Source: Welwitschia mirabilis
Taxonomy: Eukaryota
Direction: 5' to 3'
Assembly (NCBI GenBank): GCA_051453625.1
Contig: JBOZIK010000001.1
Coordinates: 3,491,563-3,535,903 of the forward strand
Length of the DNA: 44,341 nucleotides
The notes beneath the pieces were generated by a model. It worked only from the letters and a program-made list of their open reading frames with translations, searched no databases and was not told the DNA's origin. Both the position numbers and the translations under genes were made by a program. Positions 32,300 through 44,341 of this stretch are shown here, piece after piece; within the stretch, counting starts at the first letter, position 1; each line of letters starts with the position of its first letter.

Positions 32300-34250
32300 T
32301 TTTAATTATTAAAGCATTAAGTTTAAAACATTCATGCACTTGTAGTACTAACAATTAGTAATAGAACTTTAATCCTGTTAAACTTGTTTTAAAGTAAAAG
32401 ATCCTATAGTAAAAATAGCCTCGGAAATAAATATATAGTTAAAGAAATCATTCTCATGTTATTTTCTTGATTCTTTAATACATTTTATTTACAATTATAA
32501 TTGTCCAAGCATCATTACTNNNNNNNNNNACAACATTTTAGTATTTATTTACATTACAAATAAATTATCTATTTATGATAATTAATAAGGAAAAAATATG
32601 TGGTAAATTTTTCAAGTAACAAACCTTTTTCAATTTGAGCATCAAGTCATATAAAATGTTAAAAAAGTTAATCCATTTTTACATAAGAAGATTTACTTAG
32701 AGTCTAGTAAGAATATTAATAAACATGTATAGTCTAGAGTAAATTAATCATTACTAAAGCTTTTCTACTAAGTGCAAGCTCCTTTTCTTTCCACTTATTC
32801 AATTTTTTATCTATTATATAATAGTATAGTTAAATATATTCTTGTTATTAACTTCATATGAAAACTGGATTCTTTACCGCTTAAATATCAAAATTTTATC
32901 TATAATTTTTAAATACTTTTGAAAAACTTAATTTTTAACACCATTTTTCTAATAAATAAAATATTTTTTCTAATTTATACAAGATATAAAATTCTAATAG
33001 TATTTAATCACATGATCTAATAGCCCATTAACATGGTAAACATTATTTTTAACTATAAAAAAGAAATCATCTACAAAGTGCATATTAATCAATTGAAGAC
33101 TTAAATCATCATCTAAGATTTCTTTTAGAAGATTGTATTGATGTTTTAATAAAATTTGTGTGAAATAAAAAATTATGATAATAATAAATAAATTAGGAGC
33201 TAAAGGACAACCTTAATAAATTAATTTCTAAAGGGAAAATAAGAAACTTAAAAAAAGGTTTGTGGCAGCTAGAGAACTGGAATTAGCAAATAATATATGC
33301 ATTAGATGAATCAAGTAATCATCAAAGATACGTTTTCCAAGAAAAGTAATAACAAAATTACATTCAATTTTATCATAAGCTTTAACATAGTTAAGCTTAA
33401 TAAAATCCATGATTTAATTTACATCATTAGCCATAAAAGACATTTTCAACCTATAATTACATTATTAAGAACATGCCTTCCTTAATAAAGTTACTTTATT
33501 TAAGTCTAATAATCTAATTAATAATTTAATAAACTATTTGCAATAGATACCTAGCTAAAAGTTTATAAGTATTATGAAAAAATATAATTGACATCTAATT
33601 TGTAGTAAGCTAAGGATCACTTTATTTGGGAAAAATTCAAATAATAACTTTATTAATTATATTAATGTCATAATATTGATTAATAAAAGTGATTTTTATA
33701 GAATTCCACATGAAACCTATTAAAAAGTTACTTTTTTAATTTCTTACAAAGTAATTTTTCAAAGTATTTGTACCAGAAATCTAGCTAAAATTTAATAAGT
33801 ATTATTAAAAAGCGTAATGGATATCTAATTTATAGTAAGATAAAAATCCTCTTCTTTAGAAAGAATGAATTATGTCACCCACATATTATTAAAATCACTA
33901 AGAAACATAGAAACTATATTTTCCAATAATATCCTAGTGATTTTTTATAGAATTCCATAAGAATGCCATCAAAATCATGAGCTTTAATTTACCAAACTAA
34001 AATTTCCTTCTTTTATATCTTCAAGAGTAACTATTTTTCTAAGAATAGCATGATTCTTCTTCTTTATAATTCAAAGAAGATGTTCACTAATGGCTTAAAA
34101 CTATTTCTTACAAAAACCTTTAAATAAAAAATAGAAAAAATGATGATTCACTAAAAAATGATAAATGGTTATAAGATAATTAATAATTAAACCATTAATT
34201 TTGAATGTTATAATTTAGGTAAATTATTATTATGTATAATGAATTTTAAA
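32300..34250 (-). mobile_element. L1-clade LINE ORF2 (RT) fragment
   Basis: Minus frames give KAHDFDGILMEFYK, FIKLNYVKAYDKIE, *GCPLAPNLF, FVDDF and KWKEKELALSRK. Boundaries are approximate, and a 10-N gap lies at 32520-32529. Confidence 0.85.
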
Positions 34251-34611
34251 AAGTTACTTATATGATTTATCTTCTATCTTAAGCTAGGAGATGAAACTTT
34301 AGGTAAGAGTTCTTTTAGCCTCAAAGATATCCCAACATTACATAGTAAGATGAGCTCTAGCTAAAATATTAAAATGATTGTGATTTAGATTTTGTTACTT
34401 TACTTTAATAGTTTCTATTAATTTATTTTTGATTTGACATTTTATTTTTAAAAATTATTTATCAAATCATCAATTCAACTTATGTCACTAATATATTTTA
34501 TCTTTGCATTCCATAATGATTTTATAATATTACTACTTGTTAGTCTAACATATGTTTTCTCATTTATATGAAATAGCTCTTATGGTGTAGAGTTACACAG
34601 CTAAGGCTCTA

Positions 34612-34831
34612 GGTTATATCTTAAGAAATATGAAATCATAAATATAATAATAATATTAAAACAAACTAATAAATCAAATTTGTATTAACAAGAAATATTA
34701 CATAGAATATAAGCATATAATATTTGCTTGAGTATCAAACTTTTGGAAATAGCCTTTCATAATAAGAATTCAACTCCACGTGAAAGATCCTATGAGCATG
34801 AGATACATATACCTATTACTTAATTTAATTT
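34612..34831 (-). repeat. CRM 3' LTR remnant
   Basis: Aligns with 38363-38582 at an offset of about 3750. By hand, 55 of 70 positions are identical for 34661-34730 versus 38411-38480. Confidence 0.85.
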
Positions 34832-37800
34832 ATCTTTTAATTATTTCTTTATTTTTTCTTATTTCTTTTCTTTTGTTTTTTTCCCTTATTTTTTAATTTT
34901 CGCAAAGGATTCTCCTACATCACTTTTTCCCACTAAAATATACATTACCACATGAGTACTATTACTCCCTGCATCATGCTTAAGTTGCATATAACATTCT
35001 TTTTTGTTTTTAAAAATAGTAAATTCTCTAACTAATGCATAATTGTTGTGCACTTCATAATGTCATGTCATATCTTTATTATGAATTTTTTGCAAAATGT
35101 ATTCCTCATAAAACCTCTATAAACATATAATGTTTTCTTTATATAGATAAGACTATATTAAATATGAAAATATTCGTAATAATATACTTCTAAGGGCTTA
35201 TTTATCATGTTTTTCAAAAAATTGGAGCACATTCATACATATGCAAAAGACAACATAATTATCATTAAACTTGGAATAACTTACTAGATATGCAACCTTG
35301 CTTAATGCATATGCTACTTTATTGCTTTTTCTAAACTTATGCTTTATGATAAAATTAAACTTGTATAAATTTTCTACTAACTTAATTTACTTAAAACTCA
35401 ATATACCTTGACTATTCAAATACCACAAAGCCTTATGACCTGTATAAAGAATAACTTTCTTATCTAAAAGTAGTGCCTCCATTTTTAAAAATATTACAAG
35501 ATAACATATAATTATTTTCATAAGTTAAATATATTTATTTGGCTTGATTTAATTTTTCACTAATAAAAGAAATGGACTTATCATCTTAGCTAAGAACTCC
35601 ACTGATAGCTTTTTCACTAGCATCACACTCTACTTGAAATATTTTATTAAAAACCTACAAAGGGAATAACAGGTTCTATATAAATACTTTTCTTAATTTC
35701 TTGAAATATTGGATTTTCTTTATTAGTTTATATACAAAATCATTCCTTCTTTATAGTAGCTAGTACAAGTGCATAAATCTTACTAAAATCATTAATAAAT
35801 TTTTGTAAAATTAGCTAACTTATGAAAACTTTATATATGTATTGGATGAATGTTATATTGGGCTAGTTCATACTAGATTTCACATTATTAAGATCAATGT
35901 GGATGTCATCCTTGGAAATGATCACTCTAAGAAACATAAGTTTGGATTATGAAAAGACATTTATCTTACAATTCAAAAATAGTTATTTCTCCTGTAATTG
36001 TGGTAAAATTTATGCAATATTTCTACATTCAATGAGAAATTTTGAGTATAAATTATAATATCATCCAAAAACATAATAATAAAATTTTCTACGTGGCCTT
36101 GAAACCTCTGTTATTAATCTCATAAATTAATATATGCTTTATGAGGCCAAATGACATTATGAATCATTCATATAAATCATTTAGTATTTTAAATGAAGTT
36201 TTATATTCATCATCTTCTCCAACCTATATCTAGTAATAGCTACTTTAAGATCCCACTTATTGAAATTACAATAACCCATTAGATTATCAAGCATATCATC
36301 CATTCTAGGTATTGAAAACCTATGTCTTATTACAATCTTATTTATAGCCCTTACATAACACATAAACACCATTTTTTACTATTCATTTTTGGAGCTAATA
36401 ATATTAGGATTAAACATAGAGAAGGACCTTTATTATTAGGCCCTTAAAAAGTAATCTTATTTATTTACTTCCATAAGGACTTATTTAATGTGTTGCCTTA
36501 ATCAGAAGAGATTCAATAGTACTAGATAAATCTAGTGGCTAGTTCTTCTTATAGATGGAGATTTTAAAGGTAAGTGATAAATAAAAACATAAAAAAAATA
36601 ATTCAATAGATCTTTTACCTATTTTGATTTTTTTCTATAGATTCTTTTGCAATAATGCATAAAAAAATTTTCATTCAACTAGAACACGTTCTATTTATCT
36701 TATTATTTATTTTTCACCTAAGTAGAACATTCTTGCTTTTATGTTTGAACATTTTCTTCATTTGAAAATAATTCAAACATCTTTCCCTGTGCATCTATTG
36801 TAGTAGAAGTGTTTGTCATATTGTCAAGCACAGAACTAATATTAAATTGATAAGGTTTAGTAAGTAATAAATAACACACACCAATAGGACTAGAATCACA
36901 TTTTACATTATCATAGAAATCAACAATCTTAAAATTAACAAGAAATTATTAGTAGTAGTAATATGATGTCCCTCTTAAAATCATGATACATGATAAGGCC
37001 ATTAATAAGGATGAAATTCTAAATCCCATTTTCCTACTATGTTATTAAAAAATAAAGTATTTGTTATATAAAAGTTAATAATAATAACAATAATCTTACA
37101 TACATTATCCTCAAAGTTTTGTTTTCTCTTAAGGATTTTCTTTATTTGAAGTAGGTCATTAGATGTAGTAAAATCTTGCATTGAAACACTTCTATAATAC
37201 CAATTCTTAACTTTATCACTTGGTAGTACTTTAATTACTTTCTTTCTTGCTTTTCAAGTAGATTCTTCTTTTTCACATAATATTGTGACATGATTAACTT
37301 CTAGTTTTTTAGATCTACATTCATATTCTTTATAGCCTATTTTATTAAAATTGTAAGTTTACAAAATATTTTACCATTAAAGTAGTTACCTCTTCATTCT
37401 TTTTTTAATCTTAGTCATTTGATGATATATCACATTTTGTAATTTTCTTTAGCCTTTTTTCTTGAAATATCTATGTTTTTTTTTTGTTTCCCTTATCTTA
37501 GTAAACATATTCTATGTTTGTTGTAATTTCTCTTCAACCCATAAAGCTACTTGATATGCTTTCTTTACATTATTTAAACAACACATAGAAATTCATTTTG
37601 ATTAAAAAATTTAAGCTTATTTATGTATATTATTACCTTCATAATAACTTCTTCTAAATAATCTTCTTAGAAGATAAAGCTATAAATATTTTTAGTATAC
37701 TCCACCACTAACTTACTTCCTTGGTAGAGATTCTACATGCTTTGTACTAACTTTTTACAATGTGCTCTTAGGATAAATTTATCCTTTAAGAAGGTGCACA

Positions 37801-38362
37801 CAAAATTTTAATTAACGAGATGACATATTTAGCTTTACTACTTTTTTTTTGGACTATTTCCATTGATGAGTTATAAATCCATATAAGAAAATAGTTTCTA
37901 TCAATGCCTTTCTCTTCTTAGATGTTTCTTATATTAGAAAGTACTTTATGTTACAAATATAATCTTTTAAGTTTTCTAGGTATATGATTTCATTATATGG
38001 TTCCACATCTAAACGATTCTTTTTATCTATCTTCATAATAAAACTCAAGAAGATTCTTTTGATATTATTATAACTACGTCTAGAAAGACAAATCACAAGA
38101 TTCATCTTCCCTTAGGAGTGTTTCTTAACTTCCTATTATTCTACATTTTCTTCTAGAACTAATTTTTCCATCAGAGTGTAATCTACACTATCTTCTACAT
38201 GATAATTTGCCTCATGTTTTGAATCTTATTCATGGATTTATCTTATTTCACCAACCCTTTTTTGCAAATGTGTGGTAATATGATTATTTAGAAGAACATT
38301 TTCTACAAGTTTAACATAAGAAAAACTTCTAAAACAATGCTACTATAGTATCTTTGATAGTA

Positions 38363-38582
38363 AGATTTAGCTTAATGAATGCAAAAATAAAAATATATTA
38401 TAATAATAAAATAAACCAATGAATGGATTTTATATTAATAAGAAGTATTACTTATAATACAAGCTTATGATATTTGCTTAAGCATGAGCCATTTAGAAAC
38501 ACCCTTTCATCAAAAAATTTCCAACTCTAAGTAGAAAATCCTATGAGCATGAGATGCAAACTCCTAATATTTCATTTAATTT
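38363..38582 (-). repeat. CRM 5' LTR (portion shared with the 3' remnant)
   Basis: Adjacent to the PBS-like TCTTTGATAGTA (cf. GCTCTGATACCA). Shares ATCCTATGAGCATGAGAT with the left copy. Confidence 0.85.
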
Positions 38583-39399
38583 GTAGGTCATAGAGGAGTA
38601 TATTATAAACTTAGAAAATATAATTTAGATCTCTCACAAGATTTTAACTTAAGACCTAATGATTATAACATTCCATTTTAACAAATTACATAAAAATATG
38701 CTTCGGTTAATTTGGGCATAAATTTGACAATCATTTGAAAATTTAGTAAATTACCTATTATTTTTAAAATTTGAAAACTTTTAAATGTGTTGTATCTAAT
38801 TACAACATAAAATTCCACTATTTAATTGATAAAATAGGCTTCAAAGACTAGCTTATTCATAAAAAACACTTTACATCCTAACATTAAATTTCCTACTTAG
38901 AAAGTACAACATGAAACTTTGTAGTTCAAACTTTAATAGTTCATAAATGTAGACTTCCACTTCTTCTTCTCTCTCTTTCTCTCTTTACATGTGTATGTGT
39001 GTACGGGTGTAACTAAAGGATAGTTTTACATCATCTTATTTTCAAACATTAGAGGAATTAGCAAAAGAAACATAAAGATTAAGAGGAAAATAATTATAAA
39101 AAAGTAGCATTTGAATAAACTTTAGCTTTCTTATTGAGATCTCAAAATATGGATTACAAAGGTAAAACTTGTTTAATCTACAAAAAATATGTTATGATCC
39201 TATATAATAATTACACAATGTAAACTAATTCTTATTTAATATCAAAAAATCATTACTACCTATTTTATTAAAATTATTTTCTAATAGTCCTAATTGATTA
39301 CCTTAGTGATAAAGTCAGGACACCATGAACCTTAGAATCTTAAATTTAGAACCCCCTGTTGATTAAGGAACATATTTAAAGTTTAAATTCCTATGTTAG

Positions 39400-40670
39400 T
39401 AGGGAAGTACAATCAAAGTTCACATGGACTAAGTTTTATTAAGAGTTATATGGAGAAACCTATTTACTTAACCATTACCCTAAAAATAATTTATTTTCTA
39501 ATATATAAAATCATCAATAATAATATAAGGAACTTTTAGCATTAAGAGAATATTTTTTTTAAAATCTCAAGTCTTTCTTAAGTGTTATTAAGACCATACA
39601 TGGTATACATATAAAAAATGTTGTGATCAATCTAGACAATATCCACAATAAATATGATATAATGATTATATCTATAATTTAAAATATTACCATTTCATTA
39701 GCTATTTATTGAAAGTGTTACTTCTTCTTTATTAATTATCTAATTCCTTGAGATTATTATATAATTATTCTACTAATAAATAAAAAATCATAATTAAAAA
39801 TTTAAATCTCTTTTAACAAGACAAAGTTAGAAATAATTATTTCTTTAAAGATAATCTAAAATAATTTTACATTAGATCATATTTATAAGGCCTCCAAATT
39901 CCACAAAATAACTAGCATTTTTTAGAGGGAAATGAGGCATTTCCTTTCTTTTTGAATTATTGTCAAATTAACATTTCATATCCCTAATAGTAGTAGACTT
40001 ATTATTGAAGGAAGGATTACTAAAATTAAATTATATTAATGGTTGTATAGTGGAGGTAACATGAATTTGTATTTAAGTCTCTTTGTAACTATCATTCTTT
40101 TATGTTAATCTAAACAAAATTATTCTGTTTATATATTTAAATTGATAGCTTGTAAATTCAAATAAAATCATTATTAGATACCAAGATGAAAAGTATTTTT
40201 TAGCCTTTATTTTTCTTTTGAATTTAAATAATTATTTCCACCATTAGATTAAGAATAATTTAATGCTTTATTAAAGGTTGAGAAAAATGGATTAAGTGCT
40301 AAATAAGTAATAGCCTTTTTTAAAAATGATATGTAACTTTTTTTCCCCTTTATTGAAAAATAATAAATCAAATGGATTTCTTGATGATCATAGCAATTTC
40401 TAAACATAAGTTGTATCATCCACTTTATGGTTTGATGCTTTCTTCTTATGCTACAAATTGATATTTGAAAAGTAACATTTATTAGGGGTATCATTAGGTG
40501 GTGAAAGAGTTTCTATCTTTTCAATTGAGTAAATACCAATAACACTATCCCACTTCATTATTTTAAACATTAGTGAAAGATTATTTAGCTTGAGAAAATA
40601 AGAAATTTTAGTATAATCAAGTGAATCTAGACAAAAATATGCTTTTCATTTATCAATAATAAGGGCATCA
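39400..40670 (+). mobile_element. Probable hAT DNA transposase relic
   Basis: Decayed motifs in the expected order: TWT (39422), an LDPR-like TTAGATACCAAGA (40174) and a C-terminal dimerisation-like W*K...PTS...SERLFS...MLFI (40497-40660). No TIRs were found. Confidence 0.45.
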
Positions 40671-41349
40671 TAGTAATGATTTAAAGAAATCCAATATCTA
40701 GAGAAATAGTTATCATGGATGGAAATGAAAGCTTAGAAGAAATAATTTTAAAAGGTATAAATTGCATAAAATCCTAAAGAATTTTGCTTCAAAAATTACA
40801 TTTAATTCAGTTATAAAACTTGTTATTCAAAGAAAATATCTATAGACTAGAAGAAAGTATATCAAGAGGAAATATCATTTGGCAAATATGTGAACAAATC
40901 ATTAAGTAAAGCATAACCAAAAGAATTTACATTATCTACACTTCCAAATTCCTTGAAACAATCTTTTCATAGTCATTACTTCCATCTTAATCCAATAATA
41001 TTAATTCATGATCAGTGTAACATCATGGTTAGCTATGAATGTGTTCCTATTAAATTATTATAATATATCAAATGCTAGTATTATTATCTACCACAATCCC
41101 AATATAAGTTATAAATTTATTAATAGTATCAAATAAATTTTAAATATTTATTATTATTTTAATTTTAGTTATTATAATATTTTTAGGGCATTATAGTTTA
41201 GTTCTTGTTATATGTTATTTAGATAATAATATTATATTTTAAGAGGTAATTGAATATCAAAGATAAATTTAATATTAACCTTTAAAATGATCCAAAAATA
41301 CATAATAAGTATAAAATTAAGAAGCATGTGATAAGGCTATAAAGAAAGT

Positions 41350-42860
41350 TCAATTAAAAACATTTTTCTATGGATAGGTGATTACATCACTTTATCTTAG
41401 ATTTAATGTAGAATTTAGGGTCTAAACAACTGCCATAAAAATAAACAATACCTTAGAAGATTTAATAAACCTTTAAAAAGAATATTATTCTAGTTTGAAT
41501 GAAGTCCTTAAAAGGATATTATGACTTATGTCTAAGTATTTTGAGCCATAAAGTAATTACTGAGATAATTCTAAAAACTATATCTATTATTGCAAAAATA
41601 GTAGGTAGTAGGTAAAAGGTATAAATAAAAAATCCTTTTATCAAGAGGTAGACGTTAATGAAGAAGATGCCATAAAAAGTGCTAGTAATTTGATAATACA
41701 AATAATCTCTAGATGCTTTAATCTCCTGATGTCCATTGATTATTTTAGTCTAACAAATGTCAAAATTTATTATAATAGTTATTAATAGATTTTTTTTAAA
41801 AGAATATAATATGATCACTTTTTTCCTTTATGAAGATTAATCTAACTATTACTTTCCATTATATTATAGTTTAGAGGTAAAACATAATTATCTTAAACAT
41901 GCACTACATTAAATATTTGAGAAATAAAGTCTATAATGAATCTTCTTCTTTTATTCTTCTTTTTAAAGAGAATCTTAATTACAATAAAGGTACTAAAATA
42001 TTTTTCATATAATCTATTGATTATTTCAAGAAAAGAAAGAAAAGAGAGATCATGAATCCATTAAATACATAAGCTACTAATTAAGATCTTAAAGAAGAAA
42101 TGGAAGTACCATTTAATGATAATAAATATGAAACTAATTCTTGTAATATACAAGGAAGGGATAGAATTTTTTACTCCTCCTTTTTAAGATAATATTCTTA
42201 GAAATCATTTTTCATGAAATTCAAACCCTTATCAAAACTATAGGTTCTTGAATATTGACATGCATTAGAAACATAAACCAATTAATAGAATTAATACCTT
42301 TTCAGCTTAATCTATTATTTGGATAAGTAGTCTTTAATTATTTAAAAAAACAATGTTATGCCATCATCCGTTAGACCTAAAATAATATCTAGTCACTTAT
42401 CATAGAGGTGATGCCTTGTTGAAAGCAGTTAAAGAAAACCCAGACATCCTTTTTTCTTGGGTAAGTAATAAATACTTCATGATACTTTGTGAAATTCATT
42501 TATATTATTATTACATAACCATATGAAATTGTAGAGTAATTTTTCAATTTATTTGTAACTTAAAGAAATGGACACCCAACAAGAGAAATAATAGATATGA
42601 ATAGTAGATAAAATACTTTTACACATAAGTAAACTCTCATACATAAGTCCACTAAAAAGAAAAGAAAATTTCAAAACTTTTTATCACCTCATCACCTTAG
42701 ACAAATTTTCATGATTCAGAGAGAAGTTATTTATAATTTTTAAAAAGTCTAAACACTAAAGAATTTTTCAAATTGATCTTTTAAATAAAGAGATAATAAT
42801 AAAGACTAATTTTAAAAAGCAGTTAATTAATTAAAGCTTGATAATTCTTAGTTTAAAAAA
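41350..42860 (-). mobile_element. L1-clade LINE ORF2 C-terminal fragment
   Basis: Minus frames give LGVHFF (about 42565-42580) and NFIWLCNNNINEFHKVS*SIYYLPKKKGCLGF (about 42435-42530, cf. FLW...HLVSW..VCxPKxEGGLG). It ends where the SIRE LTR begins. Confidence 0.7.
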
Positions 42861-42875
42861 ATATTTAACCAGGAA

Positions 42876-44341
42876 GTTTAAGGATTTTTAAATTTAGAGG
42901 AAAAGGATGAAGGAGTTCTAATAACCAAAATTAAATTTTCAACAATTAAAGATATTAACAAATTTAAACCTTACTAATCTAGGTGGTTTCTTGCCTTTAG
43001 TAAGTCCACACTTAGAGGGTAGCTCTAGTTCAGACCTTTAGATATCTTTTACTAATAACAAATAGTGATTTTAGAGAACCATCAACCTTATAAAAAATTA
43101 AGATTCTCTTTTAAGGTAGCATTCTCTTTCACTTAGGAACTGTAACAAAAACAACATAATGAAATGGAGCCTGAGGTACTTTCAAATTCATCAAATGGCA
43201 CACCCTTACAAGGGTTTCTCTACACTTTAGACTCCCTCAGAAAGGGAACCTAAGGAATACATATAATAAAAAGAATTAAATAACAAAATAATTCTACAAA
43301 TATGATATATTCATAATGAAGTACCAAAATTAGAGAACAAAAAAGTACATACCTAGAATAGAGAGTCAATTAATGTAGCTTATCAATATTTTGTGTAGTA
43401 TTGCTCCTAATGAATTAGTTAGAAAATTTGCAATAGCAAATATAACTATTTTACTATGATGTCTTTGGTAGTTATGCTACTAGTTCTATTTTTGAATGTT
43501 TTCAATAGAATTCCATAAGATTTAGTTTTTTCGAAAAATTATTTACTATTATATCTTTTTATGATTTTCGATCTTTCTAATCTTCTAACTAATGAAGTAA
43601 ATATCAGATCAAATTTGTACATTGACTAATGATTATAAACAACTATATTTCATAATACAATGGATATCTATGAATTTTGCTAACTTTCAGGATAGACATC
43701 TATGATGAGATAGATGTCTTTAATAGGTAGACATCTTCCATAATATAAATGTCTATAGTAAAATTACTCAAAATGCAATGCACTTTAAGCTGATGTTCCT
43801 CTAAACCTATGGCATCATATTTCTAGTGTGTAAAACTCATCTAGTATTTCAAAAAGTGATTTACTTATCAACGATATCTAACTGGCATAAATTAGCTTCT
43901 ATCACCTTTGCACATTCAACATAGACATCTTTGACATGATAAACATCTTTCTTCTTTACAATTCTCACTTGGGTTATGCAAGGATGTCTTTATGGTATAA
44001 GGTTAATTTAGAATGTAGTAAGAAATCTTCATCATGTAAGAGATGTTTATCAACTAGAAGATGTCTATTGAGTATTGTTCTTAAAATTTTTTATTTGCCT
44101 ATCCTTGACATAAGAGATCATACATTTGACAAGTGGCATCATGAAGACTGGGATTTTATCAATAGTTTCTTTTCTTTGTGATGATGTTTAAAACTTGACA
44201 AATCCTATTAAATCAAGATTTAATAACCATACCCACAAATTCTATTATTCAATGGTAATGCACAAATTACAAATATGTAAATCAAATAGATCATAGTAGT
44301 TATTAGCTAAAACATGTGTATACATAAGATTATAAGAATTA
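42876..44341 (-). mobile_element. Second Sirevirus-type 3' LTR (about 42876-44164) with PPT and pre-LTR region running off the window
   Basis: Homologous to 8266-9800: GGGTAGCT...GATAT...AAATAGTG...CATCAACCTTATAA...TAAGGTAGCATTCTCT, CACACCC(C/T)TACAAGGGTT, and the junction GGATTTT...ATGATGT..AAAACTT..CAAATC. Confidence 0.8.

Larger units (their letters stand above)
34612..38582 (-). mobile_element. CRM-clade (chromovirus) Ty3/gypsy element with an internal deletion of the integrase core
   Basis: Gag LKDKFILRAHCKKLVQSM*NLYQGSKLVVEYT (about 37700-37790); protease-region VKCDSSPIGVCYLLLTKPYQFN; RT VRAINKIVIRHRFSIPRMDDMLD; RNase H VECDASEKAISGVLS*DDKSISFISEKL. Direct repeats lie at both ends and a decayed PBS at 38351-38362. 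The 5' LTR may extend to about 38900. Confidence 0.85.

Overview
AT-rich, strongly CpG-depleted eukaryotic DNA that is almost certainly from a land-plant nuclear genome. The TE complement and decay suggest a large-genome gymnosperm or fern, which is an inference only. Most of the window is a nested set of old, degenerate transposons: Athila-type and Ogre/Tat-type Ty3/gypsy pieces, two Sirevirus-type 3' LTRs, one structurally complete Ty1/copia element (24431-32106), an internally deleted CRM-type gypsy element (about 34612-38582), two L1 LINE fragments, an RTEX-like two-ORF LINE, a tRNA-derived SINE and a probable hAT transposase relic. One island at about 16950-18670 keeps its CpGs. It holds a minus-strand transcription unit with an unrecognised 119-aa, probably organelle-targeted, hydrophilic ORF, spliceable downstream introns, a telo-box and a candidate 149-nt C/D-box snoRNA. 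There are two assembly gaps (10978-11077 and 32520-32529). No prokaryotic features, CRISPR arrays, rRNA genes or intact tRNA genes were seen. All alignments and translations were done by eye.
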